Positions 55,187-63,400 of a DNA stretch of 64,000 nt are shown here, piece by piece. This DNA comes from a virus. Lineage: Duplodnaviria > Caudoviricetes. The stretch is taken from positions 2,540 to 66,539 of IMG/VR virus record IMGVR_UViG_3300033074_000304; one strand, given 5' to 3'. Positions within the stretch are counted from its first letter, which is position 1; the number at the start of each line of letters is the position of its first letter. The notes under the pieces were generated by a model. The model searched no databases, was not told the DNA's origin, and was given only the letters and a program-made list of their open reading frames with translations. The position numbers were made by a program, and so were the translations under genes.

Positions 55187-55654
55187 GTGAAGACGCAAGA
55201 CCAACTATTCAAAGAGATGACCCCCGACCTGCAAGTCCTCTATGAGAAGTTTTATATGGAGATGCATCTTGCTGGTCTGGACTTTGAACTCAACGAAGTC
55301 CTCCGCACTCCCGCCGTCCAAGCAGCCTATTATGCGCAGGGCAGAGAAGACCTTGAAGAGGTTAATCGCCTTCGCAAGAACGCTGGTCTTCGCCCTATCA
55401 GCCCCAAAGAAAACAACTACCGTGTAACATGGACGCTCAACTCCCGGCACTTCCCCGATCAGCATGGGCGCTCCAGAGCATTCGATATTAGGCTGCTGAA
55501 GTACGGCAAGCCCCATTGGGAAACCAAGTGGGATGGCAACGATAACAGCATTGGTGATTATGCTGAAGCCGCTGCTATTGGCAAGAAGGTTGGCCTGGAT
55601 GCCGGTGGTATGTGGTCAAAGCCCGATTTCCCCCATTACCAGTTGGGTGAATAA
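55187..55654 (+). CDS. Endolysin, M15-family peptidase (L-Ala-D-Glu/D,D-peptidase-like)
   Basis: LRT...Q..YYAQGR, VTWTLNSRH, AFDI, GGMW..PDFPH. Confidence 0.9.
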   Translation: MKTQDQLFKEMTPDLQVLYEKFYMEMHLAGLDFELNEVLRTPAVQAAYYAQGREDLEEVNRLRKNAGLRPISPKENNYRVTWTLNSRHFPDQHGRSRAFDIRLLKYGKPHWETKWDGNDNSIGDYAEAAAIGKKVGLDAGGMWSKPDFPHYQLGE

Positions 55655-55655
55655 G

Positions 55656-55880
55656 ATGGACATGCTCAAGGACGACTACACTAAACAGTATTCCATCAGC
55701 CGAGTCAGTGTCGCACTGGTGCTGACCATGCTGCTGATTTATGCAGGCTACCAGCTGTACAAGACTGCCACACTGCCTGACCTGCCGAATGGCTGGCTGA
55801 CATACCTGCTGGGCCAATATGGGCTGACAAAAGGGGCTAGCACCATAGCCGAAGTCAAGGTCGGTAGCAATGCGTCCTGA
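55656..55880 (+). CDS. Holin-like membrane protein
   Basis: SISRV..ALVLTMLLIYAG TM segment; adjacent to the endolysin. Confidence 0.6.
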   Translation: MDMLKDDYTKQYSISRVSVALVLTMLLIYAGYQLYKTATLPDLPNGWLTYLLGQYGLTKGASTIAEVKVGSNAS

Positions 55881-56019
55881 GTACATGAAATGGTATTGCA
55901 AAGACTGCGAGCATTTCAGGCTGAACGACCGTCAGTGCGTATGGCATGGGCCAAGCAAACCATTCAAGCGTGCATGCAAATCATTTGAGGCTATTGACGA
56001 TGCTGATCTACGTTCTTGA
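55870..56019 (+). CDS. 49-aa Cys-rich protein (not in ORF track)
   Basis: CKDCEHF...QC...ACKSF; coupled overlaps. Confidence 0.5.
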   Translation: MRPEYMKWYCKDCEHFRLNDRQCVWHGPSKPFKRACKSFEAIDDADLRS

Positions 56020-56341
56020 CGACGATGTGCTGGAGGCCATTTTATGGCGAGAGGCCGCAAAGCCGGGCCATTATGTACTTGGCTTCAGCACCGCTCTTGA
56101 ATTTAGGCAGGCCGTGATGGAGCGCAAGCCGGATGTGGCCGTACTTGATTTGATCATGCCGCATGAAACAGGGGATGAAGTGTGCAAATGGATGCGGGCT
56201 TGTTATCCGGATGTGAAGGTAGTCGTTTGCACAGGCGTCGAGGGGGATGAGTACAGGATTTTAGCCGAGCAATGCGGGGCTACCTATATGAGCAAGACAA
56301 TATCACACCGGGATCGTATGGAGGCGCTGCTATGCCAATAA
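56000..56341 (+). CDS. Single-domain response-regulator receiver (CheY-like)
   Basis: VLDDD acidic pocket, VLDLIMP phospho-Asp, TGDEV, VCTG (Thr), SK (Lys). Confidence 0.88.
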   Translation: MLIYVLDDDVLEAILWREAAKPGHYVLGFSTALEFRQAVMERKPDVAVLDLIMPHETGDEVCKWMRACYPDVKVVVCTGVEGDEYRILAEQCGATYMSKTISHRDRMEALLCQ

Positions 56342-56814
56342 ACCTCGAAGAACTGCTAGTTGAGAGCATTAAACAGAACTCCTCGCTTGCCACCAAGATA
56401 GGCGGTGTTGAAACCACGCTTCAGCATATACGCTCTGATAATGCTCAAATGCTGCGTGACTTTAACGATGCGCTCAGAACTATCACTGATATTCAGCGGC
56501 AACTGCTGACCAATACCGATGACCATAAAATCGTTCACGCCCGTATTGACGAGGTGAAGGATGAACTTGATGAAGTCAGAGAGTCTATCAACAGCATCAA
56601 GACTACCTGTACGACAAACGGTCATTACAGGGTGAAAGTTGAGGCGCTTGAAGAGCTGATTTCCCAGCTTGAATTTGCCGCCAAGGTATTTGGCTGCAGG
56701 GTGTTCGGAGCGCCGGTCTGGATCATCGTATGTTGCATGGTTGGCATGGGGTTTGTCATTGACGTGGTGAAGCACCGGGACGTTGTGGACTCGCTGATGG
56801 GGCTTATCAAATGA
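56332..56814 (+). CDS. Coiled-coil protein with C-terminal TM segment (holin/antiholin-like)
   Basis: DHK.VHARIDEV coiled coil, hydrophobic VWIIVCCMVGMGFVI. Confidence 0.6.
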   Translation: MPINLEELLVESIKQNSSLATKIGGVETTLQHIRSDNAQMLRDFNDALRTITDIQRQLLTNTDDHKIVHARIDEVKDELDEVRESINSIKTTCTTNGHYRVKVEALEELISQLEFAAKVFGCRVFGAPVWIIVCCMVGMGFVIDVVKHRDVVDSLMGLIK

Positions 56815-56978
56815 GCCCGATGACTGACGCAGCCCGTATCAGAGAGCTGGAAGCGGAAGTACGGGATCTTCGTATGCGCCTGTCGGCTATCAAGGTTATT
56901 ACCAACAAAATACATCCGGTGTGCAGCCAGAGGCTCCAAGAGCTGCTTGAAGAATGCGAGGGCTGTAAAGTTGAATGA
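56811..56978 (+). CDS. Small coiled-coil protein (not in ORF track)
   Basis: RIRELEAEVRDLRMRL; coupled. Confidence 0.4.
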   Translation: MSPMTDAARIRELEAEVRDLRMRLSAIKVITNKIHPVCSQRLQELLEECEGCKVE

Positions 56979-57091
56979 AAACTGCGGTGAGTGCATCAAG
57001 TACGATGCCAAGCGTAAGCGGGGCAAGAGAGACGGAAGCCCCAAGATGAAAGTGAATGGCTGCATGATGGGCTTTGTGCCAAAGGGCAAAA

Positions 57092-57457
57092 ATGGAAATC
57101 CTGCTGACGATTGATAAGTTTCTCCAGAACGTGTTTGTCAGATGGGCGCTACTGGTGGCTACGGTAGCGGCTCTTGCGACTGCGACATGGGCGAAGATAC
57201 AGCTTGGGACTGTAAGGCTTCAGAGAGACGCCGCACAGGGCCAGGTCGCCACCTATCAGGCCCACCTTGAGATTCAGAACGCCGCGATACGGCAGCTTGA
57301 CGTTGATACCCAGAATGCCAAGACCAAGATAGCTGGTGCCAAGAAAGAAGCGGCACGGCTTCAGGACGAGTTGGACAAATGGAAGCGCAAGCCGCCGGTC
57401 TTTACCGGCACATGTGACGAGATGGTGCAGCAGGTGCTGGCCGAGGTGCGCAAATGA
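57092..57457 (+). CDS. Inner-membrane spanin (Rz-like)
   Basis: N-terminal TM then coiled coil QNAAI. Confidence 0.75.
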   Translation: MEILLTIDKFLQNVFVRWALLVATVAALATATWAKIQLGTVRLQRDAAQGQVATYQAHLEIQNAAIRQLDVDTQNAKTKIAGAKKEAARLQDELDKWKRKPPVFTGTCDEMVQQVLAEVRK

Positions 57458-57570
57458 CCAAAGAGTGTTTTGGAGATCAGTGCAAAGGCTGTGAACAGTT
57501 CTTTTATTGTGAAGACCACTTCCCGGCTGGCTGCTGGGGCGACTGCTGGAGCGAGGACGATGACCAATGA
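57454..57570 (+). CDS. 38-aa Cys/acidic peptide between the spanin genes
   Basis: MTKECFGDQCKGCEQFFYCEDHFPAGCWGDCW; ATGA overlaps at both ends. Confidence 0.45.
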   Translation: MTKECFGDQCKGCEQFFYCEDHFPAGCWGDCWSEDDDQ

Positions 57571-57821
57571 AAACAGCTGTCCTTATGGTGAGCATTTTGA
57601 CTGCTACGCTTGTTGGAGGGTGTTGTACTCCAGAGACTGTGTTGGTGCCGGTGTACAGCTGCCCTGCTCCACCGGAGATGACAATGCCGGTGCTGGCGGT
57701 GACACGACTATCTGATAAGCCAGCTACTCCTGACGCGTTGCAGGCACTGGTGGTAGATCACAAATCACTGAAAAGCACGCTGGAGCAGTGCATAACGATA
57801 CTGGACGGATATAGGGAATGA
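57567..57821 (+). CDS. Outer-membrane lipoprotein spanin (Rz1-like)
   Basis: Signal peptide with lipobox LVGG-C, Pro-rich CPAPPEMTMP. Confidence 0.8.
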   Translation: MKTAVLMVSILTATLVGGCCTPETVLVPVYSCPAPPEMTMPVLAVTRLSDKPATPDALQALVVDHKSLKSTLEQCITILDGYRE

Positions 57822-57942
57822 TCAGGCTCAGAAGCGGCAGGTGCATAACTGCTATCATGCGCAACGCTGTGCGTGCGCTGCTGGGACTGCTGACCGAAAA
57901 CGGGGTCCACCTCAAGACTGAGGACGGGAAGGTGCTCTTGCC

Positions 57943-58680
57943 ATGAGTGACGGCATCAAGATATCAGCCCTGCCTGCCGCGTCCGGCCCTACTGCTGGCG
58001 ATGTGTTCCCGGTTGTGCAAGGTGGCGTGACAAAGAAGGCCCCGCTGACCGCCGGTTCTCTGTACTATGGCAACCCGGACTACCCCACAGTAGCCGCCGC
58101 TCTGGACAAACTACTGTACGTCAACCCGTCTGCGTCGTTTAATCTCTCGGTCGGGACAGTGGAGATCGGCAGCGTGGTGGACATCGTGGTGGCATCGTGG
58201 TCGTTCAACAAAACAATGGTCAGCGCGTCGTTGACTGATGCCGTGATCACCCCGGCAGATGTAACGCACACTTTCAGCGGGTTGGGGCTTGTTTCCAGCA
58301 AGACCTATACTCTGACCTTCAGCGACGGGACAAACAGCGGCAGCGCCTCTCGTACCGTGTCGTTCATGCCCAGGCGGTACTGGGGGGTCTCAGCCAGTGC
58401 ATCGATCGGCAGCGCTGAGATCATCACCTTCGCGCAAGAGTTCAGCACCAGCAAGAGCAAGGCGGTGACATACGACTGTTCGGGTGGCCGGTATTTCTAT
58501 TTCTGCTACCCGTCTTCTGTGGGTGCTATCGGCAACGTAACAGTGGGAGGGCTGGCCTTCAGTGATCTGGTGGTATCGACCCAGTCATTCACCAACGCAT
58601 CCGGCTACGTCCAGAGCTACTACGTGATCCGCTGCGGCAATATCCAGACCGGCGCCGCTATCAGCGTGGTGTGGTCATGA
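57943..58680 (+). CDS. Virion structural/decoration protein
   Basis: IKISALPAAS..AGD.FP.VQGG.T N-terminus typical of fibre-proximal proteins; Ig-like body. Confidence 0.65.
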   Translation: MSDGIKISALPAASGPTAGDVFPVVQGGVTKKAPLTAGSLYYGNPDYPTVAAALDKLLYVNPSASFNLSVGTVEIGSVVDIVVASWSFNKTMVSASLTDAVITPADVTHTFSGLGLVSSKTYTLTFSDGTNSGSASRTVSFMPRRYWGVSASASIGSAEIITFAQEFSTSKSKAVTYDCSGGRYFYFCYPSSVGAIGNVTVGGLAFSDLVVSTQSFTNASGYVQSYYVIRCGNIQTGAAISVVWS

Positions 58681-59264
58681 GTGCGATACCTGGAACCAAC
58701 CTTGCTGCACCGGTGGTGCCGTTCACCACTGATGACGCCTACCCTACCCACGATTCGTTGTACGGGAAGGGCGGCCACCGGGAGGTCGGGACTCTTGCGG
58801 AGCGTGATGCGATACCTGCGCAGCGGCAACGCGTAGGTATGCTCTGCTATGTGGTTGAGGATGCGACAACATACCAGCTGACCGCGTCGGGGTGGGTGCC
58901 ATTTGCAGGAGGCGGCGGCAGTGATATTCCAGGCATAGCGGTGGTGGCAGCTGTAGACCTGGGGGGCCATCGGGTCGTCACGGTGGATGGGTTGTACGCC
59001 GATGCTTCTGACATCACCACAATGAACAAGGGGGCTGGCTTGACCGTGGTGGCGGTGAGCGCAGGGCAAACTACAGCTGCATACAATACTGGTGTGATAA
59101 CTGAACCAAGCTGGAACTGGTCGGTGGGACAACCGGTATACCTCGGGCTGAACGGCCTGCTGACGCAAACCCCACCCACAACCGGCTACCTGTTGAGGAT
59201 AGGGCAGCCCAAGAGCGCGACCAGCTTGATTGTCGAAATAGCTCAACCCATTCAACTCACGTAA
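58677..59264 (+). CDS. Virion structural protein
   Basis: GGHREV.TLAERDAIP..R.R.GMLCYV; WNWSVGQPVYLG.NG.LTQTPP. Confidence 0.65.
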   Translation: MSAIPGTNLAAPVVPFTTDDAYPTHDSLYGKGGHREVGTLAERDAIPAQRQRVGMLCYVVEDATTYQLTASGWVPFAGGGGSDIPGIAVVAAVDLGGHRVVTVDGLYADASDITTMNKGAGLTVVAVSAGQTTAAYNTGVITEPSWNWSVGQPVYLGLNGLLTQTPPTTGYLLRIGQPKSATSLIVEIAQPIQLT

Positions 59265-59276
59265 AGGAGAACAATC

Positions 59277-59783
59277 ATGGCTGACAAGTTTATCAAACAG
59301 GTGGCAGGGACACTCACCGAGCAAGAGGCACTGGTGCAATCCGTAGGCGCAGGATCGGCTGGCAAGATCATAGCCCTTGACGCCCAAGGCAAGCTGGACA
59401 ATTCGGTGCTTCCCACTGGCATCGGGGCTGACACTGCCTCGCTGACCGCGTCAGAAGACCTGGCCGCAGGGGAGTACGTGAATATCTATAACGACGCCGG
59501 GGCGCCGAAGTGCAGGCTGGCCGACGCCACCACCAGCGGCAAGGAGGCCCACGGGTTCGTTCTGGCGGCTGCGGCCAGTGGCACCTCGGCAGTGGTGTAC
59601 TTCGAGGGCACCAACAACCAGGTGACAGGCGCGACGGCAGGCCCGGTGTTTTTATCCACCACGGCAGGCGGGTTCACCTCAACAGCCCCCTCTGCAGCAG
59701 GCAATGTGGTGCAGCGCATCGGCGTAGCCACATCGGCCACCAGCATCAATGTTGAGTGCGGCCAGCCGGTCGTGCTGGCATAA
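59277..59783 (+). CDS. Head fibre/decoration-like protein
   Basis: ASEDLAAGEYVNIY...A.GFVLAA...GPVFLSTTAG. Confidence 0.65.
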   Translation: MADKFIKQVAGTLTEQEALVQSVGAGSAGKIIALDAQGKLDNSVLPTGIGADTASLTASEDLAAGEYVNIYNDAGAPKCRLADATTSGKEAHGFVLAAAASGTSAVVYFEGTNNQVTGATAGPVFLSTTAGGFTSTAPSAAGNVVQRIGVATSATSINVECGQPVVLA

Positions 59784-59786
59784 GTC

Positions 59787-60005
59787 ATGACCCGCAGGCC
59801 GCTGGTAAACGTGAATGGGGCGGTGCATGAGTTGCCGCACGGCGACCTGCCCTACCCCTTTACTCAAGCCATGCTGGACTTCCTGTCGCATTGCTCTATC
59901 TCTGCGACCGGAGACCCATTGTGGGACGGCGTGCCGTTTTTGCCGGGGCTGCCTGACAATGTGTATGTGGTAACCGGCTACGTCGAAAACGGCTACGTCG
60001 ATTAA
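59787..60005 (+). CDS. Hypothetical protein
   Basis: ORF track. Confidence 0.45.
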   Translation: MTRRPLVNVNGAVHELPHGDLPYPFTQAMLDFLSHCSISATGDPLWDGVPFLPGLPDNVYVVTGYVENGYVD

Positions 60006-60017
60006 AAGGAGAGGACG

Positions 60018-62321
60018 ATGGGAGTTACCGGTACAAACATAACCCTGACGCTGCGCAACACCAAGGGCGTGGCTCTGACATACGCGGAGCTGGACGCCAA
60101 TATGTCCGGGCTGGAAGCAGCGATAGAGGGGCACAGCCATGACGATTTCTCCCTGTCCGGGCACAACCACGATGGAGAGTATGAGCCGGTAGGTGCGGTG
60201 GATGCTGCTGTTGCTGCGCTGCAGGACGAAAAGCAGGACACACTTATCAGCGGCACCAACATCAAGACCATCAACGGAAGCTCCATTTTAGGAAGCGGAG
60301 ATTTAACGGTTGAAGGTGGCAGCGGAATGTCCAATCCCATGACCACTGCCGGGGATTTAATTGTAGGCGGTACTGATGGCGCTCCTACACGGTTGGCTAA
60401 GGGTACTGATGGGCAAGTGCTGACACTGGCAAGCGGATTGCCCTCGTGGGCTGCTGCGAGTGGTGGGAGCCAAGTCACCACCATCTTCGGTAGCCTCTCT
60501 CTCTACATCACGCAGCAGACAACCCTGACCATCACCAACTACGATTCCGCCACCACCTATGGCGTGTCAGTGATATCAGGCACAGTCTCCCGTACAGGCG
60601 ATACCATCACCTACACTGCGGGTAGTACCGCTGGTACAGACACCCTGACCATCACCGCCGGGGCAGCCACGCGAGATATCCCCATCACTGTCAATGCCGC
60701 AGGAGTTTCCACGCCAACCAACACTACCCCCGCTAACGGCGCAACGGATCAGGGTGTACCTAGTATTACTCTCTCTGCTTCGACCTTTTCGTGGGTCGGA
60801 TTGTTTGACACCCACGCATCATCCGATTGGGAGTTGGCCACAGACAGTGGATTCACCACAGTAGTCGCCAGTAGCAATGCCGACACCATCAATAAGACAT
60901 CCTGGACCACAACCGTATCCGCCAGCCAGACCTATTACTGGCGCGTGCGCTATCGTGGCGCATCAGGCAGGGTTTCGGATTGGTCAGCGGGTACATCGTT
61001 TGTCACTAAAGCCGCGCTTGGCGGGTTGATAGGCACACAGGGCGGCCAAGGTTTTGGTGTAGGCGTTTATGTAGGTGATCTTCCTGCTGGATTCAGCGCC
61101 ATGACGGGCACAACCGACCCCGCCCATGATAACTACGGAAACTATCAGTATTCAGATGGTTCGGTAATGTGTTTTGTTCCCCGGTTCTATTATCGCATAG
61201 GGTCAGCTTCTTCGCCTCGCTATGCAACCTACGGGGCAAATGCGGTTGATATTGTGGGGATAGAGACGTTTGCCGACGAAGCAGCCGCCAACGCCGCAGG
61301 CTATGCCATGCACCGTGCGTTTATTGATGGAGGCTCTGTTAAAAGCGGATTTTTCATCGACAAGTATTTGTGCAGTAAAAACGGCACCGCTTCAGGAAAA
61401 TCTGTCAAAAATGGTGATCCAATTTCCCTGACTACAAATGCTACCTACAACCCGTCATCAACCATGACCGGATGCACAGGCATCCTGGCTGATGCAGTGG
61501 TGTTATCCAGAGCCAGAGGCACCGGATTTAACACTGCCTCCATATTTATGTATTCAGCTCTGGCCCTGCTTTCGCTGGCACATGGTCAGGCTGCAACCGC
61601 AACAACCTACTGCGCCTGGTACGATGCTGCTGGCACCACCAACTTCCCCAAGGGCTGTAACAACGGGAGCCTGGCTGATACCAACGACGCCACAGTTACC
61701 TATTCAGTGTCGGGCATTTCACCAAAGCCCCTCACCGGATCAGCCTCCAACCTCGCAAAAACCACTCACAACGGGCAGAGCTGTGGGGTGGCTGATCTGA
61801 ACGGCGCAATGTATCAGGTGATGCTGGGATTAACTGACTTCGGCACCAGTGCCACCGACACCACGGCACATGCCAACGGTAACGTGTATTTGCTGAAAAC
61901 CTCCGTTGCTCTCAGCAGCCTCACTGCCGGATGGGGCGGCACTACCGATGCCTGGGGCAACACCACCAGCCTGGCGACCAAATATGATGCGGTCACGGGG
62001 CTGCTGCCCTGGGGAGCGGGAACCGGCTGGTTGTATATGGGCAATAACACAAACAGAGTGCTGGACCCAGCTACCAGCGGCACCGGGTACCAGCGTACTT
62101 CTTGCGGTATCCCGCAAGACACCAACGCCATGTCTGCCGGAGGCACCAACCTATATGGCAACGACGGGCAGTATCGGTACAACAAAGCCAATCTGTTTCC
62201 CCTCGCTTCCGGCTTTTGGAACGATGCGGCGAATGCGGGTTTGTTCTACCGTTATTGGAACTTCTACCGCTCGAATGCTCACACCTATTCTGGCTTTCGT
62301 GCCTCCTGTTACGGTGCGTAG
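60018..62321 (+). CDS. Tail fibre/receptor-binding protein with C-terminal CLec/FGE-like DGR target domain
   Basis: LTYAELDAN N-terminus, FN3/Ig-like middle (TYYWRVRYR), GFFIDKY, HNGQ..GVADLNG.M.Q, terminal G.W...AG.F...N.YRS.....GFRA. Confidence 0.85.
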   Translation: MGVTGTNITLTLRNTKGVALTYAELDANMSGLEAAIEGHSHDDFSLSGHNHDGEYEPVGAVDAAVAALQDEKQDTLISGTNIKTINGSSILGSGDLTVEGGSGMSNPMTTAGDLIVGGTDGAPTRLAKGTDGQVLTLASGLPSWAAASGGSQVTTIFGSLSLYITQQTTLTITNYDSATTYGVSVISGTVSRTGDTITYTAGSTAGTDTLTITAGAATRDIPITVNAAGVSTPTNTTPANGATDQGVPSITLSASTFSWVGLFDTHASSDWELATDSGFTTVVASSNADTINKTSWTTTVSASQTYYWRVRYRGASGRVSDWSAGTSFVTKAALGGLIGTQGGQGFGVGVYVGDLPAGFSAMTGTTDPAHDNYGNYQYSDGSVMCFVPRFYYRIGSASSPRYATYGANAVDIVGIETFADEAAANAAGYAMHRAFIDGGSVKSGFFIDKYLCSKNGTASGKSVKNGDPISLTTNATYNPSSTMTGCTGILADAVVLSRARGTGFNTASIFMYSALALLSLAHGQAATATTYCAWYDAAGTTNFPKGCNNGSLADTNDATVTYSVSGISPKPLTGSASNLAKTTHNGQSCGVADLNGAMYQVMLGLTDFGTSATDTTAHANGNVYLLKTSVALSSLTAGWGGTTDAWGNTTSLATKYDAVTGLLPWGAGTGWLYMGNNTNRVLDPATSGTGYQRTSCGIPQDTNAMSAGGTNLYGNDGQYRYNKANLFPLASGFWNDAANAGLFYRYWNFYRSNAHTYSGFRASCYGA

Positions 62322-62323
62322 CA
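62202..62323 (+). other. DGR-type variable region with downstream hairpin
   Basis: Variable-position codons all NNY around fixed TGG, GCG, CGC TCG and GGCTTTCG; hairpin TGTTACG-GTG-CGTAGCA at 62307-62323. Confidence 0.6.
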
Positions 62324-62431
62324 TCATACAACCATTTCAGGCAGCGGATTTTATTGGAAGCACCGGAATTGTTATCACAGCTACCATCAGGAGTAAGGAA
62401 TGATCTACTACAAATACACAAAAATTGTTGA
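62321..62431 (+). pseudogene. Possible C-terminal remnant of a DGR reverse transcriptase
   Basis: Frame reads ASYNHFRQRILLEAPELLSQLPSGVR..., resembling from memory the tail of DGR RTs; no start or SD. Confidence 0.4.
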
Positions 62432-62849
62432 AGCCGGACCGTTTGGTACAACCAAGGCAATCGTACTGCCGGAAATCGACGGGCAGCGGATCGGCAACGA
62501 ACTGGGCGTGGTTGGCGATGAAACATACGTGAGCCTGCCGGATGATGCTGTGCTGCCGGAACAGTTGCCAGAAATAAACTGCCAGCCTGTGACCATGACC
62601 GAAGAGCTGAAGAGTGCGTTAAAGGCTATCAACCCACACTGCAAGCTGGTGGATCAGCAGATTAAAGACAAAATCCGTGAACGGTACGACGCAGAAGATG
62701 AGATGTATTTTTCCCGTATCTCCATCGGGGTTGTGATGGGCGTGTATCAGTTTCTGCCGGGAGAGCAAGAGGCGGTGTTGGAGTATGGGGCGTATGTGGA
62801 ATCGGTGCGGGAATGGGCGAGGGAAGAAAGAGATAAAATAGGACTATGA
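62400..62849 (+). CDS. Hypothetical protein of the type found downstream of fibre/DGR loci
   Basis: ELGVVGDETYVSLPDDAVLPEQ...IRERY..EDEMY. Confidence 0.65.
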   Translation: MIYYKYTKIVEAGPFGTTKAIVLPEIDGQRIGNELGVVGDETYVSLPDDAVLPEQLPEINCQPVTMTEELKSALKAINPHCKLVDQQIKDKIRERYDAEDEMYFSRISIGVVMGVYQFLPGEQEAVLEYGAYVESVREWAREERDKIGL

Positions 62850-62858
62850 GGAGTTCCA

Positions 62859-63083
62859 ATGCTAAATTATTTTATTCATTTAGGGGATGCGACATCCCAA
62901 TGGTTTAACACTGTCTTTGGTGGGCATCCAAACGAGTCGATCTCAGGAAGAGCTTACAGGGAAAAGAAATGGTATGAGCGCTATATCAATCTTCTGCTGT
63001 GGTTTGATAAAGACCATTGCAAAACAGCTTACGAGAACGACGTTTCCTATGCAGCGAGGCTGCTTGCACAGCACAGAAAATGA
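62859..63083 (+). CDS. Conserved-looking small phage protein
   Basis: DATSQWFNTVFGGHPNESISGRAY...DKDHC..AY. Confidence 0.7.
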   Translation: MLNYFIHLGDATSQWFNTVFGGHPNESISGRAYREKKWYERYINLLLWFDKDHCKTAYENDVSYAARLLAQHRK

Positions 63084-63186
63084 TGACCACAAACAAGAGG
63101 TTTGGGGTTAGTCACCATTTAGTCACTTTTCTGCGATGGCACAGAAAAAACTGTAACGAATTTATGCTGTTATTTATTACAAAAAC

Positions 63187-63235
63187 AGGTCTGCAAAACC
63201 TCGATTCATCAGTTCAAATCTGATCGTCGCCTCCA
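63187..63235 (+). other. attP core = 3' half of tRNA-Cys(GCA)
   Basis: AGGT-CTGCAAA-ACCT anticodon arm, ATCAG-TTCAAAT-CTGAT T arm, CGTCGCC-T-CCA acceptor end with U73; 5' half absent. Confidence 0.88.
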
Positions 63236-63242
63236 TAAAATC

Positions 63243-63273
63243 AGGGACTTAGGCAATTCTAAGTCCCTTTTTT
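63243..63273 (+). terminator. Intrinsic terminator replacing the host tRNA terminator after integration
   Basis: AGGGACTTAG-GCAATT-CTAAGTCCCT followed by a T-run. Confidence 0.85.
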
Positions 63274-63400
63274 GTGCCATTTTGTCAACTTGGGTGTTTC
63301 TTTATGCAAATCAATAAGTTGCGTGATTGGCCGGACTTGTGCCAGTCCCAACTTGGTTGGTATTGCCTGACATCTTAGGTGTTTCCATGTTAGTCAGTTT

